DNA from: Peptococcaceae bacterium
GTDB lineage: Bacteria > Bacillota > Desulfotomaculia > Desulfotomaculales > JACDOK01
Assembly: GCA_017656185.1 (NCBI GenBank)
Contig: JACDOK010000008.1
Location: 2,093-66,092 of the forward strand
Length of the DNA stretch: 64,000 nucleotides
Direction of reading: 5' to 3'
Part shown: one piece after another, positions 29,381 to 38,874 of the stretch
Numbering within the stretch: the stretch's first letter is position 1
Layout of the letters: each line of letters starts with the position of its first letter
Made by a program: the position numbers and the translations under genes
The notes under the pieces: model-generated
Databases searched by the model: none
The model's input: only the letters and a program-made list of their open reading frames with translations
What the model was told of the DNA's origin: nothing

Positions 29381-30118
29381 ATGACTGCTCTTTTATGGGC
29401 CATTGGCGTAATTGTCATTGCCCTCGTGGCTGTTTTTCTTTGGCTGTCACGCCACAAGGCCCAATCACAAAGTATTCCCGTCAAAAATGATCATTTACAT
29501 TTAGATGATTTAAGGGAAGAGATATCAGAAGAGTTAACTCTACTGCCATCAGCGGCGGAGAGTGAAAAGACTTCCCGTCCATTGGAGCTTCCACAAAATT
29601 ATAACCAAAATCGGTTGGTATTGCTGGCACGCGATCCTTATTGGCTTTATGCCTACTGGGAAATTTCAGCAACCCTGGAACAAGAGTTTTATCGTACCTA
29701 TGGCCCGGACGCTTGGCATTCTTCACGTCCGGTCTTACGTCTTTATGATGTAACGGGCATTGAATTCAATGGAGCCAACGCCCATACATATATCGATATT
29801 CCTATTAATGATGACGTAGACAACTGGCATATTGAGGCAAGCTCCCCGGAAAGAACTTTTTGCCTCGACTTGGGACGCATCCTACCGGGAGGGAAATTTG
29901 TTACCCTCCTGCGCTCAAATACCGTTACCACCCCAGCGGCAAAAATTTCTGAACGGGTGGACGAAGAGTGGATGTGGATTGAGGAAATTTACCAATCATT
30001 CGGTCGATTTGAGGCCGGAGTAAGTTCGCCCATGCTTGCTGCAGAGATAAAGGAGCGTATGGGTATTATCCCTCTGGGCATAAGCTCACCGCAAATCCAA
30101 AATCGGAAAGGAAAATAA
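29381..30118 (+). CDS. DUF4912 domain protein (N-terminal TM anchor)
   Basis: 245 aa. LVLLARDPYWLYAYWEI is the DUF4912 signature as I remember it. It is translationally adjacent to the GH57 gene. Confidence 0.7.
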   Translation: MTALLWAIGVIVIALVAVFLWLSRHKAQSQSIPVKNDHLHLDDLREEISEELTLLPSAAESEKTSRPLELPQNYNQNRLVLLARDPYWLYAYWEISATLEQEFYRTYGPDAWHSSRPVLRLYDVTGIEFNGANAHTYIDIPINDDVDNWHIEASSPERTFCLDLGRILPGGKFVTLLRSNTVTTPAAKISERVDEEWMWIEEIYQSFGRFEAGVSSPMLAAEIKERMGIIPLGISSPQIQNRKGK

Positions 30119-30121
30119 GAT

Positions 30122-31696
30122 ATGTCGAAAGGTTACTTAGCTGTTATATTGCACGCTCATCTACCATATGTCCGCCATCCCGAACATGATTTTTCTCTTG
30201 AAGAAAGATGGTATTATGAAGCCGTTACTGAATGCTATATCCCCCTTATTTGGACCCTGGAGAAATTACTTCAGGACGGCGTTCCTTTCCGTTTTACCAT
30301 TTCTCTGTCTCCCACGCTGCTGTCAATGTTTGTGGACCCCTATTTGCAGTGGCGTTATGTTAAACATTTAGACTCACTGCTGGAATTAACCGAAAAGGAA
30401 GTGTATCGCACGCGGGGTACGCCATTTGAAAAGGTAACCCGGATGTATCGTGATCGCTTTTATGGTATCCGGGACACTTTTTGCCGCCGTTATAACGGTA
30501 ATCTACTGAACGCCTTTAAGGCCATTTATGCTTCCGGTTGTGTTGAATTCATAACGTCGGCAGCAACGCATGGATATTTACCACTTATTATTAACCCCAA
30601 GGCCATAAGAGCGCAAATTGCTACCGGAGTCCAGGTTTTTCGGGAAATGTTCGGAATGCCCCCTAAAGGAATATGGCTGCCCGAATGTGGTTATACCGCT
30701 GGGATTGACAAGTACTTAAAAGAACAGGGCATTAAATATTTCTTTACCGATTCGCACGGCATTCTATATGCCTCCCATCGACCGCGATATGGTATTTTCG
30801 CGCCTATTATTTGCCCTACCGGAGTAGCCGCCTTTGGCAGAGATATCGAATCGTCTAAGCAAGTGTGGAGCGCCCAAGAGGGCTATCCCGGCGACTATGA
30901 TTACCGGGAGTATTACCGCGATATTGGATTTGATCTTAATTATGAATATCTGCAACCTTACCTTCACCCGGATGGTATCAGGCATAATACAGGATTAAAA
31001 TATTACCGTATCACTGGAAAAGGATCTCATAAGGAGCCTTACATTCCCGAACGGGCCGCTTATAAGGCAGATCTTCACGCCGGCAATTTCGTTTTTAACC
31101 GTGAACACCAGGTTTTTTACCTGTCCACCTTAATGGATCGTCCACCGTTAATCGTCGCTCCTTACGACGCCGAGTTATTCGGGCACTGGTGGTTTGAAGG
31201 TCCCCAATGGTTGGAAGCTTTAGCACGTAAAGTAGCTTATAGTCAAAAGACAATAAAGATGGTCACTCCTTCCGAATATTTACAAGAGTTTCCTTGCAAC
31301 CAAGTAGCCGTACCCTGCACCTCCAGTTGGGGTAACAAGGGATACCACGAAGTATGGCTGTGTGAAGCCAATCATTGGATCTACCGTCACCTACATTGGG
31401 CCGCCGATGAAATGACGGCATTAGCCCGCCGTTTTCGCCATAGTGAAGGACTGACCAAACGGGCACTAAACCAAGCCGCCCGTGAATTACTCCTGGCGCA
31501 GGCCAGTGATTGGGCTTTTATTATGAGCACAGGAACAATGGTGGATTATGCCGTAAAGCGCACCAAACAGCATCTTCTTAATTTCAAAGGGTTATGGCAT
31601 CAACTGTTAGAAGATCGCCTTGAAGAAGAATGGATCCATAGTCTCGAGCTTCAAAACAACCTGTTTCCAAATATTGATTACCATATTTATGCCTGA
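30122..31696 (+). CDS. GH57-family 1,4-alpha-glucan branching enzyme (DUF1957 C-terminal domain)
   Basis: 524 aa. GYLAVILHAHLPYVRHPE N-terminus, PYDAELFGHWWFEG motif. Confidence 0.85.
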   Translation: MSKGYLAVILHAHLPYVRHPEHDFSLEERWYYEAVTECYIPLIWTLEKLLQDGVPFRFTISLSPTLLSMFVDPYLQWRYVKHLDSLLELTEKEVYRTRGTPFEKVTRMYRDRFYGIRDTFCRRYNGNLLNAFKAIYASGCVEFITSAATHGYLPLIINPKAIRAQIATGVQVFREMFGMPPKGIWLPECGYTAGIDKYLKEQGIKYFFTDSHGILYASHRPRYGIFAPIICPTGVAAFGRDIESSKQVWSAQEGYPGDYDYREYYRDIGFDLNYEYLQPYLHPDGIRHNTGLKYYRITGKGSHKEPYIPERAAYKADLHAGNFVFNREHQVFYLSTLMDRPPLIVAPYDAELFGHWWFEGPQWLEALARKVAYSQKTIKMVTPSEYLQEFPCNQVAVPCTSSWGNKGYHEVWLCEANHWIYRHLHWAADEMTALARRFRHSEGLTKRALNQAARELLLAQASDWAFIMSTGTMVDYAVKRTKQHLLNFKGLWHQLLEDRLEEEWIHSLELQNNLFPNIDYHIYA

Positions 31697-31707
31697 CTAA
31701 AAAACAA

Positions 31708-31740
31708 CTGACGAAGCCGGTTTTATCCGTGCTTCGTCAG
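31708..31740. terminator. convergent (bidirectional) terminator hairpin between the GH57 gene and the nucleotidyltransferase gene
   Basis: CTGACGAAGC-13 nt-GCTTCGTCAG. The minus-strand reading is followed by TTGTTTTTT. The plus-strand U-tract is displaced. Confidence 0.7.
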
Positions 31741-31769
31741 TCCAGTAAAAAAATTTTTTGTTCCCCATC

Positions 31770-34232
31770 TTAATCAGAACTACCTACAATATGGTCAATT
31801 TTATCGGCATACATTGCTGTTAGTTCTTCTGCTATTTCCATAGAACTTCCCTCACTAAAAATACGGCACACAGGCTGTTCAGGGTCCGGCAGTACCAAAG
31901 CCCATCCATTGGGATGTATTACTTTGATGCCATCAAGCAACTCCAGTTCGTAACCGCTTTCATCTTCAATTAGTTTTCTGATCACACGCCCCTTATCGTT
32001 CCAGGACACTGGGATTTCTCTTTTAGCAAGATGGAACGAAGGAATTTCGTCCACCAGACTAGATAAATGTACATCCTCCGCAGCTGTAAAAGCCAAAATG
32101 TTAATTAGAGCAGCCAAAGCATCAAAATGCAGGAAAAATTGCGACACATCTTCACTTAGAATTTTGGCTACAAAGTCTTGGGGAGAAGTTTTGGTTCGAA
32201 TAACTTTTGCTTTATATTTGGCCGCTAAATCTTCAATTGCGCTGGGAGCAGTGACAGGAACCACCACCCGCCCGCTCCCCGCCTTAAGAATGTACAATGC
32301 TATAAGGGCCGTAAGCATATCATCTTTAATAACGCGCCCCTGGTCGTCAACCAAGATGAGATGCTCTGCGTTGCCGTCCAGTATCGCGCAGCCGTAAGCT
32401 TTTGTTTCCTTAATCTTTTGTTGAATCAGGGGCAGTAACTTGCGATACTCCGACCAGCGTCGGGGCCGTTCACTCGGGGACAAATCGTCAAGGTCCAGTG
32501 TTTGCAGCCCTAAGCCTCTGACAACAGCTGGTATTATCTTTTCTAAGTTAGGATGATCGTAAAGTAAATACAGTGTGTAATTCGCCTGCCGTATCGCATT
32601 AGCATTAATATTTCTTAATAAGGTTTGTACATAACGTTCCGCCGTATCCGCAATCAAACTTGCATTCTTTATTTGTTGCATTTCTGCCCGGGCGAAGTCT
32701 TCCTGTGCCATCAGATTTTCAATTTTGCGCTCCATACCTCTGGCAATATTATTTCCCTGGTCATCGGTAAAAATTAACACCGCTTTGTCCGGATCTTGTG
32801 CCGACAGTTTTACGTGTACACCACCTTTACACTGATACGACCTTACTGCGAAACGGTGCATAGGCGTGGTCGTAACCGACTCAAAATTAAGGGCTTCGAC
32901 TCCCGCGCTTTGCAAACCGCTGATTATGGCTTTTTTAAGCATGCGCGTCGCCGGATCGACCGCGCTGCTGATACCCACCTGGTGGGCGCGGCCTATCACA
33001 GAACCAAACGTCGCCGCTACCCGGGCACAAAATTCAGGTGTAAGCTCCACATTAACAAGTCCTGCTATTCCTTCACCACCAAAAATATGTTTGCGTTGAC
33101 GTGTTCCCCAGACCAAACTTTGGCTAACTGTCGTACCCGTTTCCACGAGTTTATGTGGCCATAGTTTCACTTCCGGTTTCAAGATACCGCGTTCTTTAAT
33201 AATAGAGTCATCTCCGACCACTGCTCCTTCATAGATGCCGGCGTTAGCTTGTACCTGTACCCTACTGCCTAAAACGGCCCCCCGTAATGATGCTCCGGTA
33301 CCGATATAAACGTGATCCCAGGTAACGCTGCGCTTTATGGAAGCCCCGCCTTGTACAATGGTCCCGCTCCCGATAATACTAAAAGGCTCGATATGGACTC
33401 GGGGACCAATTTGGACATTATCGCCAATCAGTACGGGACCGGATATGGTACAAGTTCTGTCCATTGATACATTTTCGCCAACCCAAACACCGGGAGCGTA
33501 TTGTTTAGCTGAAATCGAAAGGTGTACCTTGCCCGCAAGAGCATCATATTGCGCTTGCAAATACTGGGATATATTCCCGATATCGCACCAGTACCCTTCC
33601 AAAACAACACCAAACAGGGGTGCGCCTTCACGCAGCAAAAGGGGAAACAGGTCTTTAGAAAAATCAAAAAACTGGCCTGTGGCAAAATACTTTAGTACTT
33701 CTGGTTCCAATACATAAATACCCGTGTTGACGGTATCGCTAAAAACCTCGCTCCAGCTCGGTTTTTCCAGAAAACGCCTAATTCTCCCTCCCGTTTCCGT
33801 AATAACAACCCCGTACTCGAGAGGAGAATTAACCCTTGTTAATACCAGTGTAGCAATAGCGCCCTTTTCCTTGTGAAACCTTATTGCTTTTCCAATGTCC
33901 AGGTCGGTTAATGCATCACCACTTATCACTACAAACGACTCATTAAGAAAAGACTCGGCATTCTTGACACTGCCCGCCGTACCTAAAGGACTTTCTTCAA
34001 TAAAGTAGTACATATGAACACCATACTCGCTGCCGTTCCCGAAGTGATCCTTGATCACATTCGATAAATACTGCAGCGTAACGCCGATATCCCTTATCCC
34101 GTACTTTTTTAAAAGGTCAATAGCATAAGACATCACCGGCCGGTTTAGTATCGGAACCATTGGTTTAGGACGATTACAGGTGAGAGGTCTCAAGCGAGAC
34201 CCTTTCCCACCAGCCATAATTATTGCCTTCAT
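31770..34232 (-). CDS. sugar-1-phosphate nucleotidyltransferase fused to a left-handed beta-helix and a phosphohexomutase-like C-terminal domain
   Basis: MKAIIMAGGKGSRLRPLT start at 34232. The track's 57-codon extension would overlap the upstream GT4 gene. The C-terminal half has the PGM/PMM fold pattern but altered motifs (see findings). Confidence 0.85.
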   Translation of the reverse strand: MKAIIMAGGKGSRLRPLTCNRPKPMVPILNRPVMSYAIDLLKKYGIRDIGVTLQYLSNVIKDHFGNGSEYGVHMYYFIEESPLGTAGSVKNAESFLNESFVVISGDALTDLDIGKAIRFHKEKGAIATLVLTRVNSPLEYGVVITETGGRIRRFLEKPSWSEVFSDTVNTGIYVLEPEVLKYFATGQFFDFSKDLFPLLLREGAPLFGVVLEGYWCDIGNISQYLQAQYDALAGKVHLSISAKQYAPGVWVGENVSMDRTCTISGPVLIGDNVQIGPRVHIEPFSIIGSGTIVQGGASIKRSVTWDHVYIGTGASLRGAVLGSRVQVQANAGIYEGAVVGDDSIIKERGILKPEVKLWPHKLVETGTTVSQSLVWGTRQRKHIFGGEGIAGLVNVELTPEFCARVAATFGSVIGRAHQVGISSAVDPATRMLKKAIISGLQSAGVEALNFESVTTTPMHRFAVRSYQCKGGVHVKLSAQDPDKAVLIFTDDQGNNIARGMERKIENLMAQEDFARAEMQQIKNASLIADTAERYVQTLLRNINANAIRQANYTLYLLYDHPNLEKIIPAVVRGLGLQTLDLDDLSPSERPRRWSEYRKLLPLIQQKIKETKAYGCAILDGNAEHLILVDDQGRVIKDDMLTALIALYILKAGSGRVVVPVTAPSAIEDLAAKYKAKVIRTKTSPQDFVAKILSEDVSQFFLHFDALAALINILAFTAAEDVHLSSLVDEIPSFHLAKREIPVSWNDKGRVIRKLIEDESGYELELLDGIKVIHPNGWALVLPDPEQPVCRIFSEGSSMEIAEELTAMYADKIDHIVGSSD

Positions 34233-34260
34233 AACTAACGCCTCCGGATCCTTGCAAGAT

Positions 34261-35508
34261 CTAATGTCTGGCAAATAATTCATAAACTTTACCGAAGAAA
34301 TGCCCTCTGCGGTTATATTTTGCCGGCCAATCAACTTTTTGGCGTGATTGCCATACTTTGCTATATACCCCCTTGGTCTGCCGGGCAATTCTCTGCCAGT
34401 CAAATTGAGTTACTACTTTACGATAGGCCCTTTCCTGCATTAACCTGGCCGCAGAAGGATTGGTAAGAACAGCGACAATTTTATTGGCTAGATCTTCACT
34501 GTCTCCCGGATGAACCTTTAGACCATCCACCCCGTCATCCACAATTTCCTTGAGGCCACCGGTATCCGATACAATGACCGGCGTTTTGGCGGCCATAGCC
34601 TCCAAGGCCACAATACCAAATGGTTCGTATAAGCTGGGAAATACCGCAACATCAGCCCAATCATAGAGCGAATTCCGAATATCGTCCCCGATATAACCGG
34701 TAAAATATACCCGTTGCGCGATACCCAGCCGAAAAGCTAAATCCTTGAGGTTGTTTTCATAAGGCCCCTTACCGCTTATTATGAACTTGGTATCGGGATG
34801 ACGCTGTAAAACCTTGGGGACAGCTTCAAGAAGCACCTGAACACCCTTTTCACGAACCAACCTGCCGACAAAGAATACTATCTTCTCGTTTGGGGCTGCG
34901 AAAGAATTGCGTTGTGCCTGCTCCGATTTAGCGGTAAAATTGGCCGGATCAACACCGTTATAGATAATTTGCAACTTATCGTCCGGTACTTGAAAAATAT
35001 ACTTTACTTCCCCATGCATATAACGGCTGCACACAATTATCTGCCAAGATTCGTAACAGAGCCACCATTCTACGCTGCTGATATAATTCTGGACGGGATT
35101 ATGGAGACCGTTATGGCGGCCAAATTCAGTCGCGTGAATGGTCGTTACCAATGGCAGCCGGTAAGCGTGTTTCAATACCCGTGCCGCATAAGCTACCAGC
35201 CAGTCGTGGGCATGAACAACCTGAACATCACCAATATCTTTCAGTACCTGAATAGCACTTTCTACTAATGACAGGTTAAACTGTATTACCCATGTCAAAA
35301 AATCCGGTGTTGAAACCGGGCTAGGGGCAACACGATATATGTAAACGCCGTTGTTATCCTCATAATCGGCTGCCCCCCTTGCTCCACTGGTAATAAGATG
35401 AACCTCAACTCCTTCCTTTGCAAGCGCAGCAGTCAGGTCATAAACATGTTGAGCCAGTCCCCCTACGCTCTTCGGAGGGTATTCCCATGAAAGCATCAAG
35501 ACCCGCAA
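34261..35508 (-). CDS. GT4-family glycosyltransferase (glycogen/alpha-glucan synthase-like)
   Basis: (M)RVLMLSWEYPPKSVGGLAQHV N-terminus and the C-terminal EPFGIVALEAMA motif. The likely start is TTG at 35508 after a GAGGGGGA SD; the track ORF extends to 35625. Confidence 0.85.
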   Translation of the reverse strand: MRVLMLSWEYPPKSVGGLAQHVYDLTAALAKEGVEVHLITSGARGAADYEDNNGVYIYRVAPSPVSTPDFLTWVIQFNLSLVESAIQVLKDIGDVQVVHAHDWLVAYAARVLKHAYRLPLVTTIHATEFGRHNGLHNPVQNYISSVEWWLCYESWQIIVCSRYMHGEVKYIFQVPDDKLQIIYNGVDPANFTAKSEQAQRNSFAAPNEKIVFFVGRLVREKGVQVLLEAVPKVLQRHPDTKFIISGKGPYENNLKDLAFRLGIAQRVYFTGYIGDDIRNSLYDWADVAVFPSLYEPFGIVALEAMAAKTPVIVSDTGGLKEIVDDGVDGLKVHPGDSEDLANKIVAVLTNPSAARLMQERAYRKVVTQFDWQRIARQTKGVYSKVWQSRQKVDWPAKYNRRGHFFGKVYELFARH

Positions 35509-35629
35509 GTTCCATCCGTCCCCCTCTATTAATATCCTTAAATTGTTATTATCCCTTGTAAGGTAAGGATTTATGACTTGAAGCAATAAAAAACCCCACC
35601 TTTTTCGTAAAGGTGGAGTTTTCAAAACC

Positions 35630-36010
35630 CTAATGTCCTACAATGGAACCGTGATGGATGGTCCAACTCCAGTTCATACCATTATTATTATCCCAGTTGC
35701 CGGCACTGTCGTGGAAACAGAAGTTCAGACGTTCCTCTTCCATAGGCGCTTCGAAAGTTTTCACCCATCCCCAGCCGGTCCGGGACATTTTCATGCTTTT
35801 AACATTATGCCACCTATCGGAGGGACCAAATCCTAAATGAAGATAGACCTGATCAGCCCCACTGGTAGATAAAAGGCCGTTATAGAATACCGTAATCTCT
35901 TCTCCTGCGGTTATGGGAGTAGGGTCAACCACTACTCCACCGGGATAGTCGGCCTCGTGATAACGACGAAGCCTTTCTGCTCCATAGCCGAAATTGGTAT
36001 GATGTTCCAC
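35630..36010 (-). CDS. starch/glycogen-binding module protein (CBM25/CBM53-like)
   Basis: ITVFYNG...VYLHLGF...W...LNFCFHDSAGNWDNNNGMNW fits the CBM25/53 pattern. The GTG at 36010 follows an AAGGAGGTG SD; the track start 36058 has no SD. Confidence 0.65.
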   Translation of the reverse strand: MEHHTNFGYGAERLRRYHEADYPGGVVVDPTPITAGEEITVFYNGLLSTSGADQVYLHLGFGPSDRWHNVKSMKMSRTGWGWVKTFEAPMEEERLNFCFHDSAGNWDNNNGMNWSWTIHHGSIVGH

Positions 36011-36079
36011 TTCAACACCTCCTTGAGTCTTTATCTCAGAACTAGTATGGTCACCCAAGAAGGTGCTGATGTGAGGAAA

Positions 36080-37081
36080 CTACTTCATCTTTTGGATGAT
36101 GGCATCAGCCATTTCGCTTGTCTTAGCCTTGCCGCCAAGATCGTAAGTAACACTGGAACCCTCCTCCAAAACGGCAATTACAGCCCTCATTATTTTGTCA
36201 GCCGCTTCTGAGGCACCCAAATGGCGCAGCATCATTACGGCGGATAAAATCGTAGCAAGAGGGTTGACCTTATTCTGCCCGGTATACTTCGGCGCACTGC
36301 CGTGCACCGGTTCGAAAACCGCCACTTCATCACCAATGTTAGCTCCCGGTGCCACACCCAAACCACCGACTAATCCGGCAGCAAGATCAGAAAGGATATC
36401 ACCATACAAATTGGGCATTACCAAAACATCGTAATTTTGCGGGGTCTGTACCAGTTTCATCGCCATGGCATCGACAATCATATCTTCAAATTCAATATCC
36501 TGGTTGCGCTCAGCCACACTACGGGCAGTTTCCAGAAAAAGACCGTCGGTATATTTCATAATGTTGGCTTTATGTACTGCCGTTACTTTCTTGCGTCCTT
36601 CGCGCCGGGCCAGGTCAAAGGCAAACTGCACGATTCGTTCGCAGGCCTGACGAGTAATAATTTTAATACTTTCCGCGGCGTCCCTGCCTACTCGATGTTC
36701 AATTCCGGCATATAAATCTTCCGTATTTTCCCGTACGATAATAAGATCCACATCCTTAAAAGGTGTTGCCAAACCCGGTAAACTTTTGGCAGGACGCACA
36801 CAGGCATAAAGGTCAAGCTGCTGGCGCAGGGAGACGTTTACACTACGGAATCCCTTCCCTACGGGGGTTGTGAGGGGACCTTTAAGAGCCGTCTTGTTCT
36901 TACGAATGGATTGCAAAACAGTATCCGGTAACGGAGTGCCGTATTTTTCAATTTGTGATGCGCCCGCTTCAACTACTTCCCACTCGATAGAAACGCTTGT
37001 GGCATCCACTACACGCCGGGCAGCATCGGTAATCTCCGGACCAACCCCGTCCCCGGGAATTAACGTTACCCTGTAAGCCAA
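36080..37081 (-). CDS. isocitrate / homoisocitrate / 3-isopropylmalate dehydrogenase family protein (short NAD-type, 333 aa)
   Basis: [14 protein letters not shown]-terminus, [19 protein letters not shown] motif. Last gene of the nifV-leuC-leuD-like cluster. Confidence 0.85.
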   Translation of the reverse strand: MAYRVTLIPGDGVGPEITDAARRVVDATSVSIEWEVVEAGASQIEKYGTPLPDTVLQSIRKNKTALKGPLTTPVGKGFRSVNVSLRQQLDLYACVRPAKSLPGLATPFKDVDLIIVRENTEDLYAGIEHRVGRDAAESIKIITRQACERIVQFAFDLARREGRKKVTAVHKANIMKYTDGLFLETARSVAERNQDIEFEDMIVDAMAMKLVQTPQNYDVLVMPNLYGDILSDLAAGLVGGLGVAPGANIGDEVAVFEPVHGSAPKYTGQNKVNPLATILSAVMMLRHLGASEAADKIMRAVIAVLEEGSSVTYDLGGKAKTSEMADAIIQKMK

Positions 37082-37101
37082 TTTTATACCTCCTAAACCC
37101 G

Positions 37102-37605
37102 TTACTTATCGAAACTAAAACCGCCGTGTTTGCGGAAATGACTTGCCAGACCACCATCGGAAAGAATTTTAAGCATTACCTTGGGCAGGGGTTTTACCTG
37201 TAGTTGAATTCCTTTAGTCTTATTGGTTATAAACCCGGCTGCCAAGTCCACGACCAGCTTATCCTGATGATCTATCAAGTCGGTGTCACATTCGACGACC
37301 GGTAGGCCTGTATTGATAGCATTACGGTAGAATATGCGTGCAAAAGACTTTGCCAAGACGGCCGCAATACGGGCATGCTTAATGGCCAGAGGTGCCTGTT
37401 CGCGTGAAGACCCACATCCAAAATTTTTTCCCGCCACAATAAAATCGCCCGGGGTAATCTTGTTATAAAACTCAGGATCAAGGTCTTCCATAACGTGCTT
37501 GGCTAACTCATCCATATTTAAGGTCTTAAATTTATATTTACCGGAAATGATATAATCAGTATTCACGTCATCGCCGAATTTGTGCGCTTTACCATTAAAT
37601 TGCAT
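37102..37605 (-). CDS. aconitase-superfamily small subunit (LeuD/HacB-like)
   Basis: 167 aa with [14 protein letters not shown] and [14 protein letters not shown]. Confidence 0.85.
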   Translation of the reverse strand: MQFNGKAHKFGDDVNTDYIISGKYKFKTLNMDELAKHVMEDLDPEFYNKITPGDFIVAGKNFGCGSSREQAPLAIKHARIAAVLAKSFARIFYRNAINTGLPVVECDTDLIDHQDKLVVDLAAGFITNKTKGIQLQVKPLPKVMLKILSDGGLASHFRKHGGFSFDK

Positions 37606-37613
37606 CCGTTCAC

Positions 37614-38873
37614 CTACTTTATGAATTCTTGTGGATCGGTAATCTTGCCCGTTAAGGCTGCCGCCGCCACAGCCGCCGGTGATGCTAGGTAGATCTCAGC
37701 GGTACTGTTACCCATGCGTCCCTTAAAATTACGATTAGCGGTAGAAATGACCTTCTCACCATCAGAAGGCACTCCATTATGCGTCCCGACACACGGACCG
37801 CACCCGGGAGTAACAACGGCGGCACCTGCACGGACCAATTTTTCAAGGATCCCTTCCTTCAAAGCCTGGAGGTAAATGTTCCTGGAGGCCGGCGCTACAA
37901 TAAACCTGACATCGGGTGATATATGCCGCTCACCAATGATGTCACAGGCAATCCTTAAATCTTCCAGGCGTCCATTCGTACAAGTACCAATAACAGCCTG
38001 GTCAATCGGCATACCGGCCAGTTCCGCTAAAGGAACCACATTGTCAACCCGGTGCGGTTTTGCTACCTGGGGTTCGAGACTGCTAACGTCATACTCCCAA
38101 ACACACTCGTAATCGGCATCGGGATCAGCTTCCACCGGTTCGAAGGATCTGCAGCTCCCGTAACGGTCAATCCAGGCCATTGTCTTTTCATCGGCTTTCA
38201 TAAGACCGGCCTTAGCACCCATTTCAATAGCCATATTGGAAATGGTGAACCGGGCCTCCATCGAAAGAGCATCAATAGCTTCTCCCGTAAACTCCACAGC
38301 ACGGTATGTTGCACCATCAGCAGATACCTGACCTATCAGATAAAGGATTAAATCCTTACTGTAAGTACCTTTAGGTAATCTTCCATGGCAAACAATTTTA
38401 ATGGTTGGAGGCACCTTAAACCACATTTTACCGGAAATCAGTGCCGCCGCTAAGTCGGTCGAACCAACACCTGTAGCAAAGGCATTTAAGGCCCCGTAAG
38501 TACAAGTGTGCGAATCGGCCCCGATAACCAAACACCCGGGCCCGACTCTACCACTTTCCAGCATTACCTGGTGACAGACCCCGTCACCAATATCGTAAAG
38601 GCGGCATCCAGTTTTACGTGCGAACTCACGCATTGCGTGATGTAAATTAGATACACCCTCAGACGGACTTGGAGCACTGTGATCAATAACAAGGGCCACT
38701 TTGGACGGGTCAAAAAGCCGGCTACCTCCCATATCTCTGAACGCTCTTATCGCCAGAGGAGAGGTCCCGTCCTGACCCATAATAAAGTCGACGTCAGCCA
38801 CTACAATACTCCCGGCATATACCTTACATCCACTTTTGTTCGAAAGAATTTTTTCGATAATGGTTTGTCCCAT
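37614..38873 (-). CDS. aconitase-superfamily large subunit (LeuC/HacA-like)
   Basis: MGQTIIEKILS start at 38873, 1 nt after the upstream TAG. Cys ligand motifs GADSHTCTYG and CGPCVG. The track extension to 38927 overlaps the upstream gene. Confidence 0.88.
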   Translation of the reverse strand: MGQTIIEKILSNKSGCKVYAGSIVVADVDFIMGQDGTSPLAIRAFRDMGGSRLFDPSKVALVIDHSAPSPSEGVSNLHHAMREFARKTGCRLYDIGDGVCHQVMLESGRVGPGCLVIGADSHTCTYGALNAFATGVGSTDLAAALISGKMWFKVPPTIKIVCHGRLPKGTYSKDLILYLIGQVSADGATYRAVEFTGEAIDALSMEARFTISNMAIEMGAKAGLMKADEKTMAWIDRYGSCRSFEPVEADPDADYECVWEYDVSSLEPQVAKPHRVDNVVPLAELAGMPIDQAVIGTCTNGRLEDLRIACDIIGERHISPDVRFIVAPASRNIYLQALKEGILEKLVRAGAAVVTPGCGPCVGTHNGVPSDGEKVISTANRNFKGRMGNSTAEIYLASPAAVAAAALTGKITDPQEFIK

Positions 38874-38874
38874 A

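Noticed and set aside
34233-34403. A 57-codon N-terminal extension of the nucleotidyltransferase ORF. Similar track extensions occur for guaB, nfu, leuC-like, xseA, GT4, the CBM protein, spoIIIAC and aspartokinase.
   Set aside because: The extensions overlap the upstream gene or a promoter and lack an SD. A downstream start with a good SD coincides with the conserved family N-terminus.
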